From Candidatus Bathyarchaeota archaeon (GTDB lineage Archaea; Thermoproteota; Bathyarchaeia; 40CM-2-53-6), in assembly GCA_963733055.1 (NCBI GenBank), contig CAVTBR010000003.1:64001-128000 (forward strand): a stretch of 64,000 nt of DNA. The letters are read 5' to 3'. Position 1 is the first letter of the stretch, and the number at the start of each line of letters is the position of its first letter. A model generated the notes under the pieces. It saw only the letters and a program-made list of their open reading frames with translations. It did not search any database and had not been told where the DNA came from. The translations under genes were made by a program, and so were the position numbers. Positions 42,515 to 52,348 of this stretch are shown in pieces.

Positions 42515-44745
42515 CACATCGCGGTTGGATACTGGATCTATACCCAAAACCCGGAAAGATGATCATCTGGTTAAAGCAGCCAGATGGATCCTGCGTCCGT
42601 CTAGTTGACGGGTGGAAGCCGCGCATCCGAATTGGCGGAGAAGCAAACGACCTACTAAACCTCCAACCATTCATCCCAACCTGCACGCTTGTAGAGAAAT
42701 TTGAGAGGGCGGGCGCCAAGACTCGAAGTAAGGTTCTGGAGGTTGAAGTGGATAGTGAGTCCGAGGCCCAAAGCCTTGCGAGACAAATCTTCCGCTACGG
42801 CGGATACTCAAGGTATCAGCTTTACGATGTGGACATCCCGTCAACGCAAATGTACCTATACCACAACAACCTGTTCCCACTCGCATTTGTCGAAGCAAAC
42901 GACACGCATGCCCACATTGAATGGGTAATGAAAGATTCACGTGAACGACTAGACTATGAACTACCCATCCTTCGTACCCTGCACCTCAAAATAACTACCA
43001 AAAAAACATGCAGAATTCCAACTTTCAAAGACGAGTTAGGTTCGATTACTCTTCAAACCGACGATGAAACCCTCGCCATCAACTCGGGTAGCGAACCCGA
43101 CAAGCTCACCCAACTCGTAGAGGCTTTCCGCACAATCAACCCCGATGTGGTTTTGACCGAAGGCGGAGATTCATTCATCTTCCCATACCTCGCACGGAGA
43201 GCGGAGCACCACAATCTTCTCCACGAGATGATCCTGGGCAGAGAGAAAGCTCCGCTTCGCGTCTACGAAGTGCAGGGACACAGTTACTTCTCCTATGGTA
43301 AGATACTGTTCAAGCAAACCGCCGCGCGACTACTAGGGCGTTTGCATGTTGACGAGGCGAATGGCTTCATCAGCAGTGACTGTGGTCTTGAGGGCCTCTT
43401 CGAGGTAGCTCGCACATGCATCATACCGCTACAAAGAGCGTCACGAACGACGATTGGCACCAGCATGACTTCGCTTCAACTCTACCACGTGGTGAAAGCC
43501 GATGTGCTCATACCTTGGAACAAGAATGAGCCGGAAGAGTGGAAGAATGGGAATGAACTCATAGTCGCTGACCGCGGCGGGTTCATCTATGAACCACAAT
43601 TTGGCATACATGATTCGGTCGGAGAGCTGGACTTCTCTTCTCTCTACCCAACAATAATGCGCAACATGAATCTAAGTGGCGAAACCGTACGGTGCACGTG
43701 CTGCCCTAACTCAACCAACCGAGTCCCCGAACTTGGATGGAACATTTGCGAGCGATGGAATGGCATCGTGTCACGCTCGTTGGACATCTTGCTCCAGAAG
43801 AGAGCGCTCTACAAAAAATACAAGAAAGAAACCGCCGACCCAGATATGCGGCTGCGCTATGACAAATGTCAAGCCGCTCTCAAATGGATCCTAGTCTGTT
43901 CGTTCGGCTACTTGGGATTCAAGAACGCGCGGTTCGGAAGAATAGATGCACATATTGCAACCTGCGCCTTCTCACGACAAATCCTCCGAAAAGCTGTTGC
44001 AATCGCGGAGTCTAAGGGCTTTACACTCCTACATGGAATCGTTGATTCGATGTGGCTTAAGAAACAAGGAGCAACCGCCGTTGAGTACGAGGATCTTTGT
44101 CGTCAAATTGAGTTTCAACTACATTTTCCAATTGAATTTGAGGGGCTCTACAAGTGGATTGTTTTTCTGAACTCTCGGACAGATGCACGCATTCCAGTCC
44201 TCAACCGGTACTATGGCGTCTTTCAAAACGGGAAACCCAAACTGCGCGGCATCGACCTTAGGAAGCATGATACACCCGGAATCGTCGGGCGCTGCCAGTC
44301 TGATATGTTAACCCTGTTCGCTAAAGCGGAGAACTCCGAACATTTTAAGGCGCTCATACCCGAAGCTCTTGTCGTGGTCAAATCCTACGTCAATCTAATG
44401 CGGCATGGGGCTGTACCCGTAGAGGATTTGACGATTGAGAAACGCCTCAGCAAAAACCCCAACGAATACCGAAACATGGTTCCGCAAAGCATCGCTGCTC
44501 AACACCTCGTTCGGGAGGGCATGAAAACCCATGCGGGTCAAACAATGAGCTACATTCTAACGTACTACAAGTCACGAATAACTCAGAACAGGGCTCTACC
44601 GACCGAGTTAATGAACGAAGGCTCTGACTTCGACTCTGAACGATACGTTGACCTACTGCTCTCCTCAACCACCAATCTCCTACTTCCGTTCGGATACACT
44701 CCAGCAGTACTCAAAGAGTCACTTCAAACTAGTGTCACTCGCTGA
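42511..44745 (+). CDS. polB2: Family B DNA polymerase, PolB2 group
   Basis: DRGG, LDFSSLYP, KWILVCSFGYLG, HGIVDS in place of YGDTDS, NRYYG. Confidence 0.9.
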   Translation: MTHRGWILDLYPKPGKMIIWLKQPDGSCVRLVDGWKPRIRIGGEANDLLNLQPFIPTCTLVEKFERAGAKTRSKVLEVEVDSESEAQSLARQIFRYGGYSRYQLYDVDIPSTQMYLYHNNLFPLAFVEANDTHAHIEWVMKDSRERLDYELPILRTLHLKITTKKTCRIPTFKDELGSITLQTDDETLAINSGSEPDKLTQLVEAFRTINPDVVLTEGGDSFIFPYLARRAEHHNLLHEMILGREKAPLRVYEVQGHSYFSYGKILFKQTAARLLGRLHVDEANGFISSDCGLEGLFEVARTCIIPLQRASRTTIGTSMTSLQLYHVVKADVLIPWNKNEPEEWKNGNELIVADRGGFIYEPQFGIHDSVGELDFSSLYPTIMRNMNLSGETVRCTCCPNSTNRVPELGWNICERWNGIVSRSLDILLQKRALYKKYKKETADPDMRLRYDKCQAALKWILVCSFGYLGFKNARFGRIDAHIATCAFSRQILRKAVAIAESKGFTLLHGIVDSMWLKKQGATAVEYEDLCRQIEFQLHFPIEFEGLYKWIVFLNSRTDARIPVLNRYYGVFQNGKPKLRGIDLRKHDTPGIVGRCQSDMLTLFAKAENSEHFKALIPEALVVVKSYVNLMRHGAVPVEDLTIEKRLSKNPNEYRNMVPQSIAAQHLVREGMKTHAGQTMSYILTYYKSRITQNRALPTELMNEGSDFDSERYVDLLLSSTTNLLLPFGYTPAVLKESLQTSVTR

Positions 44746-44849
44746 ACCCATTGATGCAATGGCGTCTTGAAAGGCTACAAAACCAGACCTCATTGTTTTC
44801 AATATGTGAAAACTATGCTGCGTCTATTGACCAAATATCGCACCAATAA

Positions 44850-47072
44850 GTGGGCATGCCGCTCGGAAGTTGGAATCCTAATAAGAAAACCTTAGGAATA
44901 GCCTCTGCGAACGAAAGGAACACGCTCATGCCCCGATCACAAACTCGGCTCAAACAGAGTAGTTCCATTCCCATTACTTGGCTTAGTCAGGGGATGCTAA
45001 AGGCCAGTCTGCTGCTGAGACATGAAGCTGTCCGAACGGGGAAAGTGCCAGAAGCACTCAAACTTCTCTTAAATGAGAAGACCTCGCCGAATCAGGTCCA
45101 AGCGAGGTTTCCAGCTCTCAACGACCCTGACAAACAGATATGTGAAGCTGCGTCGGATGATTACCTAAGGTGTATTCTAGCAAAGGCGATAGGCGAAGTC
45201 TATCGGAGCATCACTCCAAAGTACCGGAATGAGGCAGCGAGAAAGCAATTCTTCGGCCAATTAGTAGGAGTAGCAGAAACGTGTCAACTCACCAAGACGA
45301 ATGACTGTCGCACTGCATTCCAATCATCTTCTGAGCCAGGCACTGTACTAGCAATGGTACAAGCTGAAGCAGAACGCCTCCTTCAAGAGCGAATTGATCT
45401 TAACTCAGAGTTTGCTTCCAAACTAAACAGCGCGCGCCTAGAATTTCGTTCTTCTCTCAGGACATTGGAAGGAATCGTGGGGGTCAGATGGCAAGATAGT
45501 GAACGATTTCAGAGGACATTAAACATAAGGTCGTTCTTCCCCCCGGGCCTGTACGAAGACGAACAAACTTGGAGATGGGGAAGCCAATGGTATCCGGAGG
45601 ACGGTGTGTTAAACGTCAATCCCCCCATTCTACTTCTGGATGCTTTCAGGAAAGGGGTCCTAGCCCGCGAAGCAGCGGTTCTGCTCTCGCCGAGAATCCT
45701 GGACGGTATGCAACATGCACCGAGAGTTCTTTGCGAGCAATCCGAATACTTAGCCTACAAAATGTTTGAACGCAAGAATGAGAAAGAGCTCTGGTCCCAC
45801 GCCCGACATGGTCTCAGAAAATCCACAAGGCCGGGCGGCCAAGACCTGTTAGACTTCTTTCAATATTATGAAATGCTGGTCGGTGAATCACTCTATCGCG
45901 AGGTCTGGGAAAGACTTCTCGAATTCGGAAAGGCAGCGCTGACTGTTGCGGACTATTACATCATATTCAATACTCTGGCGGCGCGGCCAGTGGTACAAAA
46001 GTTCGACAAGAACGAAATGCGCCTCCTAAACCTGCTCGCGAAAAGACCCGACATGAAAACTGGTGAGGCTGGACGAGCACTCGGCATCAGCATCCCCACC
46101 GCAATGAAAATTATTCGTGATCTTTCAAAGAAAGCCGGATTGCTCTTCACAATCATTGTCGACATGCGGAAGCTCGGTTTGGCGGAATACCCGCTGTTTC
46201 TTAATACGACCAGACAGGCCCAGGTAATTACCCTGTTGAATCGCATTCCTTACTGCAGGCAGGTCTTCCGCACATACGGCTCCTACGACTGTTTCTGTGT
46301 ATTCGACATACCATACGAGAATTCGGATTTCCTACGTAACCTATTGGATCTTATGCAGAACCGGGGTCTGATCACTCAATACAAGCTATTGGAGCTTGAA
46401 CATGACTTTCAGTCCGTGAATTTCGACCGTTATGACGCTGCCTTAGGCCGCTGGTCTGTTCACTGGGATACTTGGGGAATCGACCTTCGAGAGCGCATAT
46501 CCGCCAAGAAAACTTTCACCTCAGAGAACTCCGGGCAAGGGGAAAAGTTCCAATTCGACAAACTCGATCTGCAAATACTCTCGCGACTTCATACCGACTG
46601 CAGAACCCCTTTCTCTTCGTTAGGGAGGACGTTGGGCGTGTCAGGGGCATATATCGGAAAGAAAGTCGATCGAATGTTGCGCGAGAATGTCTTCAGATAT
46701 GCGATATGGCCATTGAAAATAGGAGCGGAGGACTGGGGAATAGTCGCACTCTCTTGCAGCAGGCAAATTGCCTCGATCTGTGCTGAACAGTTGTCGAAAC
46801 TTCCCGCGTGGAGAGGGGGGCTCGTTAAGGGTGACATCGACGGGTTACTATCGATTGTATGGGCTCCCAGCGGGGAGTTGAAACAACTATTCAAAGCAAT
46901 TGACGACCGACTCATCAAGACAGGTTCGGCTCAAGCCCCTTGCCTAAACTCGGTAGGCGAATGGATCATCGCAAGATGGCTGCCCGTCGAACCTTATCCG
47001 GGTGACCTAACCGGTGACAAAGGCACTTGGGTCTTCGACGAAAAGAAATACCTCTCACTTGCGTCATCATGA
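44850..47072 (+). CDS. Large regulator: unknown N-terminal domains plus two tandem Lrp/AsnC HTH-RAM modules (start may be ATG 44928)
   Basis: FDKNEMRLL..ALGISIPT..DMRKLGL..TYGSYD and FDKLDLQILSRL..CRTPFSSLGRTLGVS. Confidence 0.8.
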   Translation: MGMPLGSWNPNKKTLGIASANERNTLMPRSQTRLKQSSSIPITWLSQGMLKASLLLRHEAVRTGKVPEALKLLLNEKTSPNQVQARFPALNDPDKQICEAASDDYLRCILAKAIGEVYRSITPKYRNEAARKQFFGQLVGVAETCQLTKTNDCRTAFQSSSEPGTVLAMVQAEAERLLQERIDLNSEFASKLNSARLEFRSSLRTLEGIVGVRWQDSERFQRTLNIRSFFPPGLYEDEQTWRWGSQWYPEDGVLNVNPPILLLDAFRKGVLAREAAVLLSPRILDGMQHAPRVLCEQSEYLAYKMFERKNEKELWSHARHGLRKSTRPGGQDLLDFFQYYEMLVGESLYREVWERLLEFGKAALTVADYYIIFNTLAARPVVQKFDKNEMRLLNLLAKRPDMKTGEAGRALGISIPTAMKIIRDLSKKAGLLFTIIVDMRKLGLAEYPLFLNTTRQAQVITLLNRIPYCRQVFRTYGSYDCFCVFDIPYENSDFLRNLLDLMQNRGLITQYKLLELEHDFQSVNFDRYDAALGRWSVHWDTWGIDLRERISAKKTFTSENSGQGEKFQFDKLDLQILSRLHTDCRTPFSSLGRTLGVSGAYIGKKVDRMLRENVFRYAIWPLKIGAEDWGIVALSCSRQIASICAEQLSKLPAWRGGLVKGDIDGLLSIVWAPSGELKQLFKAIDDRLIKTGSAQAPCLNSVGEWIIARWLPVEPYPGDLTGDKGTWVFDEKKYLSLASS

Positions 47073-47086
47073 GCCCGAGAGAGATC

Positions 47087-47119
47087 AGAAAAAAGGAAAA
47101 AGTGGGATCGTGTCGACCC
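47087..47119 (-). terminator. Hairpin plus long T-tract
   Basis: Minus strand GGGTCG-aca-CGATCCC followed by TTTTTCCTTTTTTCT. Confidence 0.6.
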
Positions 47120-47133
47120 GTCAAACTAAGCGC

Positions 47134-47196
47134 TTACCAGGGGTGCGGCGGATCCCAAAATCGTACTTCATCGTTGTTGTCGTCCAATTTGCACAT
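47134..47196 (-). CDS. Candidate small peptide MCKLDDNNDEVRFWDPPHPW (or 17 aa from TTG 47187)
   Basis: BRE/TATA-like GAAAGATGTTAAG, SD GAGGAG and downstream terminator; below ORF-track cutoff. Confidence 0.5.
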   Translation of the reverse strand: MCKLDDNNDEVRFWDPPHPW

Positions 47197-47325
47197 ACTC
47201 CTCAATCGGCCGTCATGGGCTCGGCCTCTTAACATCTTTCATGCAAGTAGCGTTCTCGCGTCAAATTCGTTAAGAGATTTGACCTAAACCGCCATTTTCG
47301 AAATCGATTCTAAACTCAGTTTCCC

Positions 47326-48288
47326 CTATGGCCTAACGCGAGCCAGCCTACGCCCTGCAGTAAAGGGATCGAGCCTACGTGATTCAACCTGGTTCAGTAG
47401 GGTGTCAAACTTCTTTGATGTGGCTAGTTCCTGTAACGAAACATCATCAAAATACATCTTGGTAGCTGCAAGGATTTGGGAGCGCAAAGCCTCCCTACTC
47501 ACGAGAGCCGGCGCTAGATGACCCTGAACCTGCGCATGTTGGTTAATTGCCTCTGCAAGTGCACTTACCCCATCGCCAGTAGTGGCAACAGTCTTGATGA
47601 CACGGGCCCGCCAGCCGTTGACCGGCTCGGCCATAGATATCATTGAGTATATTTCCTGGGCCGTGTGGTCGGCACTCTCTTTGTCCGCTTTGTTGACAAC
47701 GAAAATATCACCGATCTCCATGATGCCAGCCTTCAAGGCTTGAATCTCGTCACCCAAACCGGGAGCGGTGACAACCACCGTCGTATCAACCAATGTCTCT
47801 ATGTCTACGTCAGATTGTCCGGCACCTGCTGTCTCGACTATTATTTGATCAGTGGAGGTAGCGTCTAGTATGCGGACGGCGTCTTCCGTTGCGCGTGCGA
47901 TCCCGCCGAAGTGGCCCCGAGTGGCCATGCTCCTGATAAACACTCGGGGATCGGAGGCGAGGTCTCCCATTCGTATTCGGTCGCCGAGCAACGCTCCACC
48001 CGTGATCTGGCTTGATGGGTCAACGGCCACTATCCCTACCGTCTTTCCTGAGTTGCGGTAATGTTTTGCGAGTTGTGAAATCAGGGTGCTCTTTCCGCAA
48101 CCCGGCGGCCCGGTTATCCCGACAATGCTCGCCTTCCCGTGCATCCAATAGAGTCTTGCAAGAATATCGATCCGTGAACTAGGATCGTTCTCGGCCATGG
48201 ACATGAGCTGTGCAATTGCCCTCCGGTCGTGCTTGAGGGCTTTCCGTAACAATGGCTCAAGTTTCGCTTTCTTTCCCTTTTGACTCAT
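47326..48288 (-). CDS. meaB: Acyl-CoA mutase-associated GTPase MeaB
   Basis: GPPGCGKST, VDPSS..GGALLGDRIRM, FIRSMATRG, KAGIMEIGD, NKAD. Confidence 0.95.
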   Translation of the reverse strand: MSQKGKKAKLEPLLRKALKHDRRAIAQLMSMAENDPSSRIDILARLYWMHGKASIVGITGPPGCGKSTLISQLAKHYRNSGKTVGIVAVDPSSQITGGALLGDRIRMGDLASDPRVFIRSMATRGHFGGIARATEDAVRILDATSTDQIIVETAGAGQSDVDIETLVDTTVVVTAPGLGDEIQALKAGIMEIGDIFVVNKADKESADHTAQEIYSMISMAEPVNGWRARVIKTVATTGDGVSALAEAINQHAQVQGHLAPALVSREALRSQILAATKMYFDDVSLQELATSKKFDTLLNQVESRRLDPFTAGRRLARVRP

Positions 48289-48309
48289 TTCCCGGGACCC
48301 CAGTGTGGC

Positions 48310-49950
48310 CTAGATGATGGTTCGCGGGTGGAATTCGCCGTAAGCTTCTCTCACAACGTCGCTAATCTCGCCGGTTGTGGCTCGGTGCTTCACGGCCTGG
48401 ATGATGAGTGGAATTACATTATCAGTACCCGCCAGAGAATTTTCCAGCTTTCTTAGGCTTCGATCCACGTGAGACTTGCTCCTCCTTCTCTTGAATGCCT
48501 TGGTCGCTGAAATCTGTCTACGTACGGACTTCGCATCGATTCTCTGAATCTTTAGTCGGTATGGCCTGGGATCTTTGAGAATATTGATACCCACGGTTTT
48601 CTTCTTCCCGTTCTCGACATCCATCTGTTGCTTGAAGGCGCTTTCCCGAATCTGGGCTTGGATGTATCCTTTCTGGATCGCCTTTACTGAGCCCCCCATC
48701 TTATCGACTGCCTCGATTTCGTTTACGGCGGCCTTCTTGAGATCGCATGTGATGCTTTCCAAAAAGTAGCTGCCACCTAAGGGGTCGACTGTTTGAGTGA
48801 CTCCGCTTTCGTAGGCGATGATCTGTTGCGTGCGAAGCGCGACTTTTACGGCCTCCTGAGTGGGTAATGAAAGCGCTTCATCCATCGAGTTCGTGTGAAG
48901 GGATTGTGTTCCACCGAGCACTGCCGCGAGTGCCTGTAGAGTAACGCGAACGACGTTGTTGAGCGGCTGTTGGGCCGTTAAGGTTTCGCCACTGGTTTGG
49001 GTGTGGAAGCGAAGTTTCAAGGATTCAGAATTCTGAGCATGAAACTCGTCTCTCATGATGTGCGCCCATATTCGGCGGGCAGCTCGGAACTTGGCTATTT
49101 CCTCGATGAAGTCGTTATGGGCGGCGAAGAAGAAGGATAAGTGAGGCGCAAAAGCGTCAACGTTCAAGCCGCGTTGAATGCATGCTTTCACGTACGTCTT
49201 CGCATTTGCAAAGGCGTATGCTAACTCCTGGATTGCGGTCGCTCCCGACTCCCGGATATGGTATCCACTGATGCTGATCGGGTGCCACGACGGCATTTTC
49301 TGCGAACAGTATTCGATTAAGTCAATCGCCAAGCGGAGCGATTGCTCAGGCGGGAAGATGTAGGTGTTTCTTGCGATGTATTCTTTCAGAATATCATTTT
49401 GCGTGGTTCCCCGCAACTGATCGGGGGGCACATTTTGGTTTTCTCCGACTGAGACGTACATCGCCAGCATGATTGCTGCCGTTGCGTTGATAGTCATTGA
49501 TGTACTGACTTTACTGAGGCCAATCCCGCGCACCAGGGCCTGCATATTGTCGATCGTGCTGATTGGCACGCCCACTCGCCCAACCTCTCCCTCAGCTCGT
49601 GAGCTGTCTGAATCATACCCGAGTTGAGTTGGTAGGTCAAACGCGACACTGAGACCTGTCTGTCCTTGAGAAATGAGATACTTGAAGCGTTCATTTGTAA
49701 CTTCGGGGCTTCCGAACCCCGAGTACTGCCGCATCGTCCAGACTCTTTCCCGATACATTTCACGGTATATGCCTCGTGTGAAGGGGAATGCACCGGGTTC
49801 TCCTAGTTCGTCGGCATGGGGTTGACCCGATCCTTGAGAGTGGTAGACTGCATGAACCGGGATTCCGGAAGCGGTTATCTTTTCTAAACTCAATTTTCGT
49901 CCTCCTGTTCCGCTGCCATGTGTCATATCGGTGAATAGTAACATAACCAT
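48310..49950 (-). CDS. Methylmalonyl-CoA mutase large subunit
   Basis: WTMRQYSGF (Tyr), EYIARNTY (Arg), [16 protein letters not shown]. Confidence 0.92.
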   Translation of the reverse strand: MVMLLFTDMTHGSGTGGRKLSLEKITASGIPVHAVYHSQGSGQPHADELGEPGAFPFTRGIYREMYRERVWTMRQYSGFGSPEVTNERFKYLISQGQTGLSVAFDLPTQLGYDSDSSRAEGEVGRVGVPISTIDNMQALVRGIGLSKVSTSMTINATAAIMLAMYVSVGENQNVPPDQLRGTTQNDILKEYIARNTYIFPPEQSLRLAIDLIEYCSQKMPSWHPISISGYHIRESGATAIQELAYAFANAKTYVKACIQRGLNVDAFAPHLSFFFAAHNDFIEEIAKFRAARRIWAHIMRDEFHAQNSESLKLRFHTQTSGETLTAQQPLNNVVRVTLQALAAVLGGTQSLHTNSMDEALSLPTQEAVKVALRTQQIIAYESGVTQTVDPLGGSYFLESITCDLKKAAVNEIEAVDKMGGSVKAIQKGYIQAQIRESAFKQQMDVENGKKKTVGINILKDPRPYRLKIQRIDAKSVRRQISATKAFKRRRSKSHVDRSLRKLENSLAGTDNVIPLIIQAVKHRATTGEISDVVREAYGEFHPRTII

Positions 49951-50097
49951 TCACCCAAAGACATGTGAGATCGGTAGATGAAGCAGCCACCTATCCCGTC
50001 AGCCTGCTACGGCCAAATAGTTCGCAATAATGCCAGTTTTGCACCCAAAAGATGATAAACGCCGTTTCGGTGAACTTTCCAAATCTCAGCGTGACAG

Positions 50098-51857
50098 ATG
50101 ATGCCACAAAAGGCGAAGAACTATTGGAGGATCAAAGCGGAGGATATTGCGAAGCAACGGAATAAGCCTGGAACACTCTTCGACGCCACGGCGAGGCGCA
50201 AAGTCGCGTCGCTACACCGAAAATGGGAGAAGTCTACGCTTAATGCTTGGGTTGGCAAGTCGTCTGAACGGAAGGGCAAATTCGAAGATCCTTCTGGAAT
50301 CGCCGTAAAGACCGTTTACACTCCACTCGATGTAGCGCATCACGATTACGAGAAGGAGGCCGGGTTGCCTGGCGAGTTTCCTTACACACGCGGAATCTAT
50401 CCAACTATGTACAGGGGCCGCTTCTGGACTATGCGAATGTTCTCTGGGTATGGAACGCCCGAGGAAACTAATTCGCGGCTGAAGTATCTCCTCAAGGAAG
50501 GCGAAACTGGTCTCAGCATTGCTTTCGATATGCCCACGTTGTATGGTGTCGATGCGGATAGTCCTAGGTCTGAAGGCGAGGTTGGAAAATGCGGTGTTTC
50601 GGTTTCCTCGCTTAGAGACATGGAGGTCATTCTGGATGGAATACCTCTCGACGAAGTAAGTACTTCGATGACCATCAACGCGCCAGCATCGGTTTTGACG
50701 TGCATGTACCTAGCTACTGCTGAGAAACGCGGCCTCTCGGCCTCTAAACTGCGTGGCACGGTTCAGACTGATATTTTGAAGGAGTACGCTGCCCAGAAGG
50801 AATGGGTTTACCCACCCGAGGCCCACCTGCGAATAATCCGGGATATGATGGCCTACTCTACGAAACATCTCCCGCAATGGAATTACGTCAGCATCAGCGG
50901 TTACCACATTCGCGAAGCGGGATCGAGTGCACTTCAGGAACTTGCGTTCACTTTGGCTGATGGATTTGCATACATCGATTTGGGACTTGAGGCGGAGTTG
51001 AAAGTGGACGACTTCGCTCCTCGACTCTCGTTCTTCTTCAACTGTGGGATGGACTTCTTTGAGGAGATAGCCAAGTTCCGCGCGGCTAGGAGAATTTGGG
51101 CCAGAGTAGTCAAGGAAAAATACCACGCAAAAATCCGAGGTCTTTGCTAATGAGGTTCCACACTCAGACGTCAGGCGTCTCGCTAACTTGGCAGCAACCC
51201 CTAAACAACATAGTTAGGACTACTGTTGAAGCTTTGGCGGCGATTCTGGGTGGAACTCAATCCTTACACACAAACGCTTACGATGAGGCTTGGGCTTTGC
51301 CTACGGAACAAGCGGCGTTGATTGCGTTACGAACACAGCAGATCATGGCTGAGGAGACCGGGGTTGGAGATGTAGTTGACCCTCTAGGTGGATCATACTA
51401 TGTGGAATGGCTTACAGATGAAATGGAACAGAGAACCTACGAGTACCTTGCGAGAATAGAAGACCTCGGCGGCGTATTAGCGGCCATTAAGAAAGGTTTC
51501 ATTCAAAGGGAAATTGCTGACACCTCGTATAGATATCAGAGAGAGATGGAGGAAAAGTCGCGGATGATGGTTGGAGTAAATGCGTACACAATGAATGAAG
51601 CGTCTCCAATCAAGACGCTAAGGATCAACGAAAACGCGAGGAATAAACAGATTGAACGACTCCGTGAGGTAAAGAAACTGCGAGACAATGCCTCAGTGCG
51701 GAATGCTTTAGGACAACTTCGAAAATCCTTTGACAACTCCGAATCGAACTGTATCTACCCGATGCTAAAGGCGGTCAAGTCATATGCAACACTGGGAGAA
51801 ATCGTCGAAGTGGGCAGGGAGGTATTCGGTGATTGGAAGGAGCCGTCGATACTATAA
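50098..51857 (+). CDS. Isobutyryl-CoA mutase-type large subunit, frameshifted in an A-run near 51130
   Basis: WTMRMFSGY (Phe), EYAAQKEW (Gln); one added A gives [17 protein letters not shown]. Confidence 0.88.
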
Positions 51858-51890
51858 CCGGGAGGTGGAATCATCTCTAGATCGAAAACG

Positions 51891-52327
51891 ATGACTAAGA
51901 CACAGCAGCGCAAAATCAGGATCCTGGTCGCCAAGCCCGGGCTTGTGTAAAGAAACGGCCAAACGGGCACGACCGAGGCGCTCTCGTCCTCTGCAGGGCT
52001 TTGAGGGACGCTGGCATGGAGGTGATTTATGCAGGGCTGCTAGCGAGCCCAGAACAAGTGGCACAAATGGCCATGGACGAAGACGTGGACGTAGTTGCGT
52101 TAAGCCTCCTTAACGGAGCCCACATGACTGCATTTCCGAAAGTCGCACGAGCGTTGAGGGGGAAGCGTGCTGGCGACATTCTGTTGGTTGGCGGTGGAAT
52201 TATCCCGGATGAGGATAAACCGAAACTCGAGAAACTTGGGATTACCGGAAACTTTGGACCCGGAACGTCACTTAAGGTGATCGTGGATCACATCGTTACC
52301 CGCGTGGAGAAGGAACGCTGGAAGTAA
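51891..52327 (+). CDS. Cobalamin-binding small subunit of acyl-CoA mutase; predicted spliced CDS join(51891..51945,51963..52327), 139 aa
   Basis: Removing 17 nt gives [38 protein letters not shown]..FGPGT. Confidence 0.92.
51946..51962 (+). other. Candidate bulge-helix-bulge (tRNA-type) intron in mRNA, 17 nt, TGTAAAGAAACGGCCAA
   Basis: GCCCG/CGGGC exon stem, central 4-bp helix GGCU/GGCC, 3-nt bulges UG^U and AA^A, inner GU/AC pairs; cuts after the second bulge nucleotide restore frame and DxHxxG. Confidence 0.82.
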
Positions 52328-52348
52328 GGATGGGTTGAGCGAAGTTCT

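Noticed and set aside
49950-50098. Cobalamin riboswitch between the divergent mutase genes
   Set aside because: No recognisable B12-box or core motifs; region is short
51120-51140. Split ICM-type large subunit
   Set aside because: One A missing from a homopolymer run, typical of long-read error
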